A stretch of DNA of 64,000 bases, taken from NCBI GenBank assembly GCA_963784355.1, contig CAWAQU010000003.1, forward strand, positions 96,001 to 160,000, given 5' to 3'. A program made the translations under genes and the position numbers. Shown piece after piece: positions 19,636 through 28,023 of the stretch; positions within the stretch are counted from its first letter, which is position 1; every line of letters starts with the position of its first letter. Under the pieces are notes generated by a model. It had not been told where the DNA came from. It ran no database searches and saw only the letters and a program-made list of their open reading frames with translations. Origin of the DNA: an uncultured bacterium (GTDB lineage Bacteria > Patescibacteriota > JACMRA01).

Positions 19636-20277
19636 TTAATTTTGTGGAACAATTTGCTTGGGGCTAGGTATTTTTTCTACGATTGTTTCAAGTAATTTAT
19701 CAACTCCCAATCCTGTCTTAGCGCTTACATGCAATATTTCATCTCTTGGATAACCTAAAATTCTTTCAATTTCCTCACTTCTAGTTGCAATATCCGCATT
19801 TGGTAAGTCAATTTTATTTAAAACGGGGATAATAGCCAAATCCTGTTCCATTGCTGAGTATAAATTTGCTAGAGTTTGAGCTTGAATACCTTGGGTAGCG
19901 TCTACTACAAGCACCGCGCCTTCACAAGCGGCCAAACTACGGGAAACTTCATAAGAAAAATCCACATGTCCGGGTGTATCTATTAAGTTTAAAACGAAGT
20001 TTTTGCTTTTCCAAGACTCGTATTTTTGGATATCTTCAGTACTCAGATCAATCATTTCATCATTTTCAGCAGTAAACTGATAATTATAATTCATTCTAAC
20101 AGGCTGTAACTTTATTGTGATGCCTCTTTCTCTTTCCAAATCCATTTTATCTAGGGCCTGCTCTTTCATATCACGCATAGTAACAGTGCCAGTAAGCTCC
20201 ATTAATCTGTCGGCTAAAGTACTCTTCCCGTGATCAATATGGGCAATAATACAAAAATTTCTAATAAACTCAAGCAT
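19636..20277 (-). CDS. lepA: Elongation factor 4 (LepA), G domain only
   Basis: [50 protein letters not shown] and SAKTG motifs; 213 aa, ends after IPSP. Confidence 0.9.
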   Translation of the reverse strand: MLEFIRNFCIIAHIDHGKSTLADRLMELTGTVTMRDMKEQALDKMDLERERGITIKLQPVRMNYNYQFTAENDEMIDLSTEDIQKYESWKSKNFVLNLIDTPGHVDFSYEVSRSLAACEGAVLVVDATQGIQAQTLANLYSAMEQDLAIIPVLNKIDLPNADIATRSEEIERILGYPRDEILHVSAKTGLGVDKLLETIVEKIPSPKQIVPQN

Positions 20278-20330
20278 GTTTGATAAATGGCTTGTAATTT
20301 AGCCCTTGTCAACTTGTCCAACTAAAGAAA

Positions 20331-21263
20331 TTAGCTACTCATTTTTATAACCTCTTTAATTGCCAAAAAGCCCGCATCATGATCTCCCAATTTAGGGTTT
20401 TTGTCAGGCATAATAATATAGCAATCTATTGGGGCAACATGCTTCTGGATATCATCTGTTGCAAAAATCTGACCTGACTTTACTTTGGTACCGGTTTTTA
20501 CGTCATCTACAATAAATTTAAAATTAATTCCCGGCTTTATAGGGGCGATAAATTTGTAAACTTCAATTACATCTTGGTTATCTGTTTCCACAACTTCTAT
20601 AATAGGCAATTTTTCCTGATCCATTAAATTAAAGTGGTTGATCGCCATAACAACATGCTCCAAAGCTACATTTACAGTTGAACTAGCAGTATTATTACCA
20701 CACTCTATTGCCAGGCTTGGTATATTTAGCTGATTTGCCACACTTACTATTAATCCTGGAGTATGAGTTTCTTCAGTAGAGAAATGCAGTTTTATATTGG
20801 TAATTTTAGTGCTTAAATCTTTACTTTTTTCATCGGAAGCATAAATTACAGCCTGAAAATTACCCACGCTTACGGAGTGCATATCCAGTAAAAAACTAAT
20901 ATCCTTGTTTTCTTTTAAGAATTTCATCACCTCTATAGCCCTTCTTTCTTCAACTGAATTGGGCAAAATATTATCAGTAAATACTCTATTCATATTGATA
21001 TCAATAAATCTTAGATTCTGGGCATATGCTTCAGGATTACCTATAATAAAAGTAATTTTACCATGTTTAAGTGCATGGTTATTTTTAGTAAAATATTTGT
21101 GAAAATCAATCATAGCCTCTACACTAGCTGGTTCACTACCGTGTAAAGCACCCACAAAAACTAGATGTGGCCCCGGCAGTCCTGAATCAATTTGAAAACT
21201 ATGAGACAAGCTTGTGTTGGCATGCTGTTGGAAATATTTAATATTACTTTCTGTGTTTGACAT
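20331..21263 (-). CDS. AstE/AspA (M14-like zinc) deacylase/peptidase family protein
   Basis: HGSE, GNP, NMNRVF, LDMHS and IECG motifs; start placed at MSNTES. Confidence 0.87.
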   Translation of the reverse strand: MSNTESNIKYFQQHANTSLSHSFQIDSGLPGPHLVFVGALHGSEPASVEAMIDFHKYFTKNNHALKHGKITFIIGNPEAYAQNLRFIDINMNRVFTDNILPNSVEERRAIEVMKFLKENKDISFLLDMHSVSVGNFQAVIYASDEKSKDLSTKITNIKLHFSTEETHTPGLIVSVANQLNIPSLAIECGNNTASSTVNVALEHVVMAINHFNLMDQEKLPIIEVVETDNQDVIEVYKFIAPIKPGINFKFIVDDVKTGTKVKSGQIFATDDIQKHVAPIDCYIIMPDKNPKLGDHDAGFLAIKEVIKMSS

Positions 21264-21276
21264 AGGCTTATATAAC

Positions 21277-21299
21277 AAAAAATCCCCTTTAGGTGGGGA
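21277..21299 (-). terminator. Leader terminator upstream of the AstE-family gene
   Basis: TCCCC-ACCTAAA-GGGGA followed by TTTTTT. Confidence 0.75.
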
Positions 21300-21334
21300 A
21301 TTAAATTTAATTTTAATAATGATAATAAACTAAA

Positions 21335-21391
21335 CTATTTCCCCTTGTGTGGAGTGACCATAATAATACAAAGGAGACCAGAGTTTAACAT
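21335..21391 (-). CDS. Putative leader peptide MLNSGLLCIIMVTPHKGK (18 aa)
   Basis: ATG..TAG between promoter and terminator; the 3' codons contain the anti-terminator AAGGGGAA. Confidence 0.68.
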   Translation of the reverse strand: MLNSGLLCIIMVTPHKGK

Positions 21392-21404
21392 ACTATATAC
21401 TTTA

Positions 21405-21433
21405 ATTATATTGAAAAATGCAAATTGTGTCAA
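21405..21433 (-). promoter_or_regulatory. Consensus sigma70 promoter
   Basis: TTGACA-N17-TATAAT. Confidence 0.85.
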
Positions 21434-22185
21434 GAAACCCAACTCAACCAAGTTTGGATAATTTTTATTTGGTCTTCATCTTTTAGGTCCAATTCAGGGT
21501 GCCATTGCATCCCCAAAATTTTTTTGTTTTTTATAGAGACTGCTTCAATTAAACCATCCGGAGCCACTGCTTCTACTTGTAAACCCTCGCCCAATTTGTC
21601 TACTCCTTGATGATGTATACTTGTCACCATGATTGTATTTTTATTTAAAACATCATATAGGATTCCATCTTTTTTTAAATCTACTGGGTGCACTTTTCCG
21701 GTTTCTACACTTTCATTATCAAAATCTCCATCTTCCTGCTTTTCTGCAGTATATTTAATGTGCTGCACTGGAGCATTTTCATCAAGGTGCTGAATTAAAG
21801 TACCGTTTTGGACTACGTTCAACATCTGGAAGCCACGACAAACAGCTAGTACAGGCAAATTCCTTTCCATTGCAGCTCTAATTAAATAGTAGTCATACCA
21901 ATCTTGAAAATTTTCGCTAGTTTTATTTTCCGGTCCAGTAGTGTACATACCTGGATCAATGTCTTTACCTCCAAGTACTATTAATCCGTCAGCCTCGCTG
22001 ATATATCTGGAAATTTCATCTTTTATGGTTTCCATATCATTAATTTTTGTGTGGAAAAAAGGTACTTGTGGTAAAAAACTCTGTTCAAGTAAAAAATCGG
22101 ACCATTTACTATGAATATAAATTATGGGCAAACCTTCTTTATAGGTCATAAACCTTGGTGAAATTAGTATTTTTTTCATTTTCAT
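21430..22185 (-). CDS. Peptidase C26 / gamma-glutamyl-gamma-aminobutyrate hydrolase family (class I GATase)
   Basis: GGKDIDP, AVCRGFQ, SIHHQG and QWHPE (Cys-His-Glu triad). Confidence 0.9.
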   Translation of the reverse strand: MKMKKILISPRFMTYKEGLPIIYIHSKWSDFLLEQSFLPQVPFFHTKINDMETIKDEISRYISEADGLIVLGGKDIDPGMYTTGPENKTSENFQDWYDYYLIRAAMERNLPVLAVCRGFQMLNVVQNGTLIQHLDENAPVQHIKYTAEKQEDGDFDNESVETGKVHPVDLKKDGILYDVLNKNTIMVTSIHHQGVDKLGEGLQVEAVAPDGLIEAVSIKNKKILGMQWHPELDLKDEDQIKIIQTWLSWVS

Positions 22186-22198
22186 AAAATTTAATATT

Positions 22199-22220
22199 AA
22201 AAAATCTCCCTAAATGGGAG
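22199..22220 (-). terminator. Leader terminator upstream of the peptidase C26 gene
   Basis: CTCCC-ATTTA-GGGAG followed by ATTTTTT. Confidence 0.75.
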
Positions 22221-22253
22221 TGATAAAAAATTGGTATAGATAATTTTGCTCCC

Positions 22254-22310
22254 TTAATTTGGATTGTCTATGTCACAAGTACAAGCTAAAAGTAACGCAA
22301 AATTTAACAT
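22254..22310 (-). CDS. Putative leader peptide MLNFALLLACTCDIDNPN (18 aa)
   Basis: ATG..TAA starting 6 nt after the -10 box; GGGAG anti-terminator directly after the stop. Confidence 0.68.
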   Translation of the reverse strand: MLNFALLLACTCDIDNPN

Positions 22311-22316
22311 GCTTTA

Positions 22317-22345
22317 ATTATGGCAAATAATCTATTTCGTGTCAA
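22317..22345 (-). promoter_or_regulatory. Sigma70 promoter
   Basis: TTGACA-N17-CATAAT. Confidence 0.8.
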
Positions 22346-22473
22346 AATGGTATTCATTTTCTTGTGAAAAAGTTAGGAATTAGATTGAACTCACTTTATA
22401 ATTGCATAAAGTAGTCCCATCCTTTGATTTAAAGCACAATTTCTAATTTAGGTCAATAGATGCGTAGGAACAA

Positions 22474-23019
22474 TCAACTAAACTGATAGCCTTTCAATTG
22501 ATTTTTATGGTTTTTAAAATCAAGATCAAACTTGCCGACCAGATCCCAAAAAGATTTAGAGTGGTTTTTTTCTTTTACATGAGCAAGTTCATGGATTGCC
22601 ACATAGTCTAGTAGCTCAAGTGGCACCAAGGCCAGTCTCCAGTTTAGACTAATCACATTTTTACCGCTACAAGAACCCCAGCGCGTATTAGCACTTGAAA
22701 GACGAAATTTAGTATAATTTAAGTCCATAACTTCTGACCAATGATCCAGTCTAGACTTAAGTAAAACTCTGGCTTTCTTTTTAACTTCAACCTCTTCGCT
22801 TTTAGCAACCCCAAGATTGGGGGCAGTATTTCGCTTTCTTTCTAAAACTCTTTTGATAGTATTTTGTATCCAAATCTGTTTTTTTTGAATAAAATCGTGT
22901 ATGAGATTTAAATTTGCTCTATTGGGTGCCCTTACTATCAATTCCGCATCTTTGGTGATTTGCAGACTGAGAGTTTTGCGTTTTGAGTAAATGATGTTTT
23001 TGGGAGTAATAAGGCTCAT
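22474..23019 (-). CDS. YgjP/DUF45 zinc metalloprotease-like protein
   Basis: RKTLSL, RWGSCS, HELAH and NHSxxFW motifs. Confidence 0.9.
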   Translation of the reverse strand: MSLITPKNIIYSKRKTLSLQITKDAELIVRAPNRANLNLIHDFIQKKQIWIQNTIKRVLERKRNTAPNLGVAKSEEVEVKKKARVLLKSRLDHWSEVMDLNYTKFRLSSANTRWGSCSGKNVISLNWRLALVPLELLDYVAIHELAHVKEKNHSKSFWDLVGKFDLDFKNHKNQLKGYQFS

Positions 23020-26000
23020 TATGATTCTTTTGATTCAAAAAACCTAGCTACATTCCAGATTTTATTTCCAAAATTGCGATATTTTTCACACATTTTGTCC
23101 GCAAGTTTTCCACCGAGTCTAAAATTACGATTTGGAATCATGTTGCTCATCATCGCCAATCTAAGACTATCTGAAGAAAATTTTTCAATCTGATCTTCCA
23201 CATTTAACCCGTTACCTAGGGATTTGCTCATTTTTCGTCCATGCTCGTCTAGAACAGTTGGGTGAATAACTACATTTTGGTAAGGAGTGCTGCCTGTAAA
23301 GTATTTTGAGACCAACATCATGCGCACAATCCATTGGTAAAATATCTCTCTGGCACTAACTAAATCTTTGGTAGAGTAATATGTTTCAAAATCAGTATTT
23401 TTCTGCCCTTGCAGATGGTCTAAATATCCAAGTGTACTAAGCGGCCACAAACAAGAACTAAACCATGTATCTAGTATTTTTGTTTCCTGCATCCAATTTC
23501 CTGGAATTTCAGGTTTTTCCGTACCGATTTGGATTTTTTCTTGGACTGCAGGATCATTTTGCCACTCATTAAAATTATAAAAAATGCGATTTGGATTTTT
23601 TTCTAAATTGTACCACACAGGGAATCGATGACCCCAAACCAGGTCTCTTGAAATACACCAGTCTTTTACACTTTCCAGATAGCTTATTGCTCTGTCTTTA
23701 AACTCTACCGGGTAAAAATTAGTTTCCTCAGCAGCTTGTAAACCGATTTGCTGTAAATTATTGGGTTTCTCAAGCCAAATTACTACAAGACCGTTGCTTT
23801 GAATTTTGTTGTAGTATTGCTCACCAAAAAGATTTTTATAGGTTTCTTTTATATCATTTATGGTATAATTTTCTTGAATTTCGGGTACAATTTGTGTGAA
23901 ATCAAGTTTTACACTTGCAGCTGAATCTAGATTCTGATATGTCTCAACTTTTTTAATGTTAAATTTGTAAATTTTGTTGTTTACTTTATCATTTAATTCT
24001 ATAATATCTCCTGATTTCATATCACCAAAGTATTTGTCTGGTTCTTCAGGATTTAAAGCCCTAGTTTCAACAGATTTTTCTCCTGATAGGATTTTATTTA
24101 AAATATCTAACTGTAGATCATTTCTAAAATTTAAAGACCAGGTTTTAGTATTGCTATCTTCACCAGTACTTTTTACTACAGGATTAGTGTAGCTCAAGAA
24201 GAACTCTTCTGAAATTAGGGGTTCAATAACCGTTTTTGATCTCTCGCAAATTACCACATTATGCTCATAATCCCAATTTATATCCAGTTCTTCACCAATT
24301 AAATCACGTAGAAATTTTATTCCTTCTTTGTATGAGTAGTTTGCTGGATCAAAAGCTTCACTTTTTAGACTTTTGGCTACTTTTTCCCTAATTTTTGCTT
24401 CCTGTTCAATAAATTCGGTTTTTACTGGTACAAATTCTGTTTCTATAAGTTTTTTAATAACTGCTAACCTACCCTGCTCTACCGTCAACCCTTCAAACTC
24501 ACCACAAGCTTCAGTAAGTTTTCCATCTCGATTTATAGGATGCTTAAATCCAAAGCTATACCAACTTTTATTTAAAAATTCTTGATATAATTCATAATCA
24601 AATTGATCACTGGCCGGAGTGATTTTTAATATACCTGTACCAAAATCCGGATCGACTTTTTCAGAAATCAGAAGCCTAATCTTTTTTATATCCAAACTGG
24701 GTAGCTCAAAAGATATACCTAAAAGACCCGTTTTAATTGCTTCAATGGTTTCCAATGCAATTTTTTCATCAAATCCCCCATGGTCTCTTTCAAAAAGATC
24801 TAAGTTAAAGTATTCATAAAATTTACTTGGGTGCATGGCGATTCCAATATCCCCAAAAATTGTCTCCGGCCTAACAGTTGATACTTTTACTCTGGGTAAT
24901 TCAAGAGCGGATTTAATATATTTAGAAGCAAACTCATACAAAAAGGCTTTGTCCGGATTTTTATTTTGATCAAACTCCACCCCACTAAATTTATACTCAA
25001 AAGTAATAAACGGATCCACTCTATTTTCGTACTCAATTTCCCCGGCCACATCACTCACCGCAGTTTGCAGGCCAACGGACCAATTCACCAAATAGCTCCC
25101 TTTGTAAATCAACCCATCTTCCCAGTACTTTTGAAAAGCATAATTTATCATTTTATTAGCTCGCTCGTCTAAAGTAAACAAACTTCTTTGATAGTCCGGA
25201 GTGTCTCCCAAAATAGAACTTTGCATTTTTTGATGATCTCGCCACTCATCCACCTTGGACCAAGCTAAATCAACCCAAAGTTCTCGGTTATTTTGTTTTA
25301 ACCACTTTGGCCAAGTATTTTTTTCAATATCTTTCAATTCAGGTGCTGTTTCTAAGATTTTTTCATCAAAATCACCTTTTTTAATCAATTTATCAATCAC
25401 CCCTTCCAACTGTATTCCGGCATGATCTACTCCCGGATACCATAAGGTTTTTTGAGCTTTTTGTCTGTGAATTCTGGTTAAAGTGTCCATTAAATAGTGT
25501 TGAAAAGCATGTCCTGTATGTAAGGCTCCAGTAAGATTTGGCGGGGGCATTAAAATGCTATAATTCTCGTTAGCACCTACCTCCTTATGTAAAAATTCAA
25601 TTATTTTAGGACTGATTGGGTACATTTTAGTCGCATAAAAGTCATATTTTTCCTGCTCAGATGTAAATTCATTAGTGGTGTGTCCAATTTCATCTGGTAT
25701 AAAGAAAGTAGAATAAGAATTTTCAATTCCAAATATAGGCTTTTCTGTAGCAGTACCCTGTGTGATATGTTCTTCAGTTAATATTTCTCCATTTGGCAAG
25801 GCAATAGCCAGAGCCTGCACCACATACATTTTTCTGTCTTTTCCTTCAAGTTTTTCTAAGGCCTCATGAATTTTTTGCTCGGCAAATCTATCCCTATCTT
25901 CTTTAGACAATGAGTTGAAATATTCATCACTATCTCCAAACATTACTTTTTTACTATCCGTTCCAGGCCAATCTAAAGCTGAAAAGACAAAGCCCCTGTC

Positions 26001-26345
26001 TTGTGAAATTGTGGGTAAATTACTAATTTTAGCATATTCTTTAGCTTTAGTCAGGGCATCCTGTGTAAAACTCTCTCCGGTTTCTTCAACTTCAGGAAAA
26101 TCAATATGTGGTAAATCATTCAAAGTCAGCAGTTCAAAATGCTTATCTAGAGCAAGTTTTTGCCAAGCTAATTTAAAAATTTTAATTTTGTGTTTGTTGG
26201 TAGTTGCAAACAGGACTTTTTTTAATGAAGTCTCTAAATTTTGATTTTTTATTTGAATTTCAGGTGAACCCACTCCATTATTTTGCCAGGTATTATAGAT
26301 ACTTTCTTCAAATTCTTTCGGATTATAGCTGCTAGGCAAAGACAT
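23019..26345 (-). CDS. valS: Valyl-tRNA synthetase catalytic part, with inserted Ham1 and ASCH domains, lacking the C-terminal anticodon-binding region
   Basis: PPPNLTGALHTGHA, GVDHAGI, STVRPET, DWCISR, LDTWFSS, KMSKSLGN and NKIWNVARF motifs. Confidence 0.9.
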   Translation of the reverse strand: MSLPSSYNPKEFEESIYNTWQNNGVGSPEIQIKNQNLETSLKKVLFATTNKHKIKIFKLAWQKLALDKHFELLTLNDLPHIDFPEVEETGESFTQDALTKAKEYAKISNLPTISQDRGFVFSALDWPGTDSKKVMFGDSDEYFNSLSKEDRDRFAEQKIHEALEKLEGKDRKMYVVQALAIALPNGEILTEEHITQGTATEKPIFGIENSYSTFFIPDEIGHTTNEFTSEQEKYDFYATKMYPISPKIIEFLHKEVGANENYSILMPPPNLTGALHTGHAFQHYLMDTLTRIHRQKAQKTLWYPGVDHAGIQLEGVIDKLIKKGDFDEKILETAPELKDIEKNTWPKWLKQNNRELWVDLAWSKVDEWRDHQKMQSSILGDTPDYQRSLFTLDERANKMINYAFQKYWEDGLIYKGSYLVNWSVGLQTAVSDVAGEIEYENRVDPFITFEYKFSGVEFDQNKNPDKAFLYEFASKYIKSALELPRVKVSTVRPETIFGDIGIAMHPSKFYEYFNLDLFERDHGGFDEKIALETIEAIKTGLLGISFELPSLDIKKIRLLISEKVDPDFGTGILKITPASDQFDYELYQEFLNKSWYSFGFKHPINRDGKLTEACGEFEGLTVEQGRLAVIKKLIETEFVPVKTEFIEQEAKIREKVAKSLKSEAFDPANYSYKEGIKFLRDLIGEELDINWDYEHNVVICERSKTVIEPLISEEFFLSYTNPVVKSTGEDSNTKTWSLNFRNDLQLDILNKILSGEKSVETRALNPEEPDKYFGDMKSGDIIELNDKVNNKIYKFNIKKVETYQNLDSAASVKLDFTQIVPEIQENYTINDIKETYKNLFGEQYYNKIQSNGLVVIWLEKPNNLQQIGLQAAEETNFYPVEFKDRAISYLESVKDWCISRDLVWGHRFPVWYNLEKNPNRIFYNFNEWQNDPAVQEKIQIGTEKPEIPGNWMQETKILDTWFSSCLWPLSTLGYLDHLQGQKNTDFETYYSTKDLVSAREIFYQWIVRMMLVSKYFTGSTPYQNVVIHPTVLDEHGRKMSKSLGNGLNVEDQIEKFSSDSLRLAMMSNMIPNRNFRLGGKLADKMCEKYRNFGNKIWNVARFFESKES

Positions 26346-26395
26346 GGATTTATCTTTTCTAAAAAAGAAATTTTAGGCAAGTCGAGACATCATTT

Positions 26396-26824
26396 CTAAC
26401 TTTGATACTCGCCATCAAGCAAACTCTGGAAATTTGAAAATAGAAAATTTTGTGGTAATTCCTTATAATCTAGCCACCTGGCAATACAACTATCCGCTTC
26501 AAAAGCGGCAAAATCCGAATCAATTTCCATATAGTAGTTATAGCTTGTTTGTTTAAGATTATAATTATCCGGTTTAAAGACCCAGCCGTAGATACTTTTT
26601 CCCAAATAAACTTTTTTAGTGATTCTTTCTCTAGAAATCCCAGTTTCTTCCTCAAACTCGCGTATTAAAGCTTGGTCCGGACTTTCGCCCTCATCAATCC
26701 CACCGCCTATAGCTGAATACTTAAAATTTACATAAGGATTATGCAGCTCCTCAAACACCAGATATTTTTTGGTTTCAGGATTGAAAATTATCGCTTTTGA
26801 ACTTTCCCTGTACTTTGTTTCCAA
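26396..26824 (-). CDS. NUDIX hydrolase (second of a tandem pair; start uncertain)
   Basis: GGGIDEGESPDQALIREFEEETG Nudix box. Confidence 0.85.
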   Translation of the reverse strand: METKYRESSKAIIFNPETKKYLVFEELHNPYVNFKYSAIGGGIDEGESPDQALIREFEEETGISRERITKKVYLGKSIYGWVFKPDNYNLKQTSYNYYMEIDSDFAAFEADSCIARWLDYKELPQNFLFSNFQSLLDGEYQS

Positions 26825-27259
26825 ACCATCTTGAAAATGATATTCTTCTTTTAAGTAATTACTTTACATCAAAGATTTATAGTTCTTCAGTAACCAATTT
26901 CCCCATGAGCCCATTTCTGCCAAAATTTCTTGAATGCTCAACCACCGGCTAACACATTGGTCTGCTTCAAAACCTTCGATTGTACTTGAAGTTTCCAAAT
27001 AGTATATTTCATGAAAATACTTGTAGTTAATCATTTTTGGTTTCATCACAAAACCTTGTATAACTGAGCCAAGATAGTTGATTTTAGTAATTTCAGATTT
27101 TTTAATGCCGGACTCCTCTTCAAATTCCCTAAGTAGAGTTGTTTCCGCATTTTCTCCCAGGTCGGATTTGCCTCCAATAAAACTATATTTGTCCCAGGCG
27201 TAAGGATTGCCAACTTCCTCAAACACCAGATATTTTTTGGTTTCAGGATTGAAAATTAT
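26748..27259. repeat. 44-bp perfect direct repeat (26748-26791 and 27216-27259) shared by the two NUDIX genes
   Basis: tcctcaaacaccagatattttttggtttcaggattgaaaattat occurs twice. Confidence 0.9.
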
Positions 27260-27334
27260 AGCATGAGCTCCGATAACTTCCTTATACTCAGTTAAACTTG
27301 GATCAAAACTATATTCTTCATAAAGTATAGGCAT
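26864..27334 (-). CDS. NUDIX hydrolase (first of a tandem pair)
   Basis: GGKSDLGENAETTLLREFEEESG Nudix box. Confidence 0.88.
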   Translation of the reverse strand: MPILYEEYSFDPSLTEYKEVIGAHAIIFNPETKKYLVFEEVGNPYAWDKYSFIGGKSDLGENAETTLLREFEEESGIKKSEITKINYLGSVIQGFVMKPKMINYKYFHEIYYLETSSTIEGFEADQCVSRWLSIQEILAEMGSWGNWLLKNYKSLM

Positions 27335-27350
27335 AAAAAATAATCATATT

Positions 27351-27959
27351 CTACTTTTCATTTCTAAAATCATATACATACATGTGTTTTTGCAGGAAAC
27401 CTTTAATGGCAATTTTTTCGGTCGGTTCAACCCCTTCAATACTAAAAGTCAGTGTGATTATAAGGCTTCCCTTAAATTTGCCCATGTTATACATTTTAGT
27501 GATCATGTTATTTAATAAGTAGCAATATATAACACTATTTTTAGGATAATCATATTTGTATATATCCCGGCACACAAAATTTATTTTGGTTTTTCTAAAC
27601 AGTTGCTTAACTCTACTGAGCAAATGTACTGATAATTCACCTTCAATCGCAATAGCTTCTTTCCATTCAAATTTACTAGCTAAAAAGTTAGTTACATTAG
27701 CCATACCAGCGCCCGGTTCAACTAAAGAATAACTCTTGGTTTCTCCACCTACATACCTATTTACAATGTCAATAAGAGCATCCGCCACAGGACCAATAAA
27801 AGTCGGTACATATCCCACATTGTCTTTCAAATTTGAATAAATCATGTACTTGAGTAAAAAAGCTGTGAAAATAAGCAAAAGTACGGATATGAGTAAAATG
27901 AAAAGGCTATAAAGCAAATTTAAATTTAATACAGGTAGATGCAGTATTGATGTAAACAT
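27351..27959 (-). CDS. Membrane-anchored class I SAM methyltransferase-like protein
   Basis: N-terminal TM, YVPT, EPGAG, IYCYL and TFSI motifs. Confidence 0.7.
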   Translation of the reverse strand: MFTSILHLPVLNLNLLYSLFILLISVLLLIFTAFLLKYMIYSNLKDNVGYVPTFIGPVADALIDIVNRYVGGETKSYSLVEPGAGMANVTNFLASKFEWKEAIAIEGELSVHLLSRVKQLFRKTKINFVCRDIYKYDYPKNSVIYCYLLNNMITKMYNMGKFKGSLIITLTFSIEGVEPTEKIAIKGFLQKHMYVYDFRNEK

Positions 27960-28023
27960 AAGCGGTCTATTGACAAAAGTATATAAGTGCTAATTCTATT
28001 GATATTAGTTTTTTGTCAAAATT

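Noticed and set aside
18334-20277. LepA-MurT readthrough fusion (same frame, TAA AAT ATG)
   Set aside because: A shared frame has a 1-in-3 chance, MurT has a normal N-terminus, and there is no functional rationale.
22346-23060. Intein or intron explanation for the valS truncation
   Set aside because: No Cys/Ser-initiated intein segment or structured non-coding RNA at the break, and no downstream valS exon was recognised in the window.
27970-28019. TTGACAAAA...TTTTGTCAA inverted repeat between divergent genes
   Set aside because: Most simply two overlapping -35 boxes; the -10 spacing is imperfect, so no firm call.
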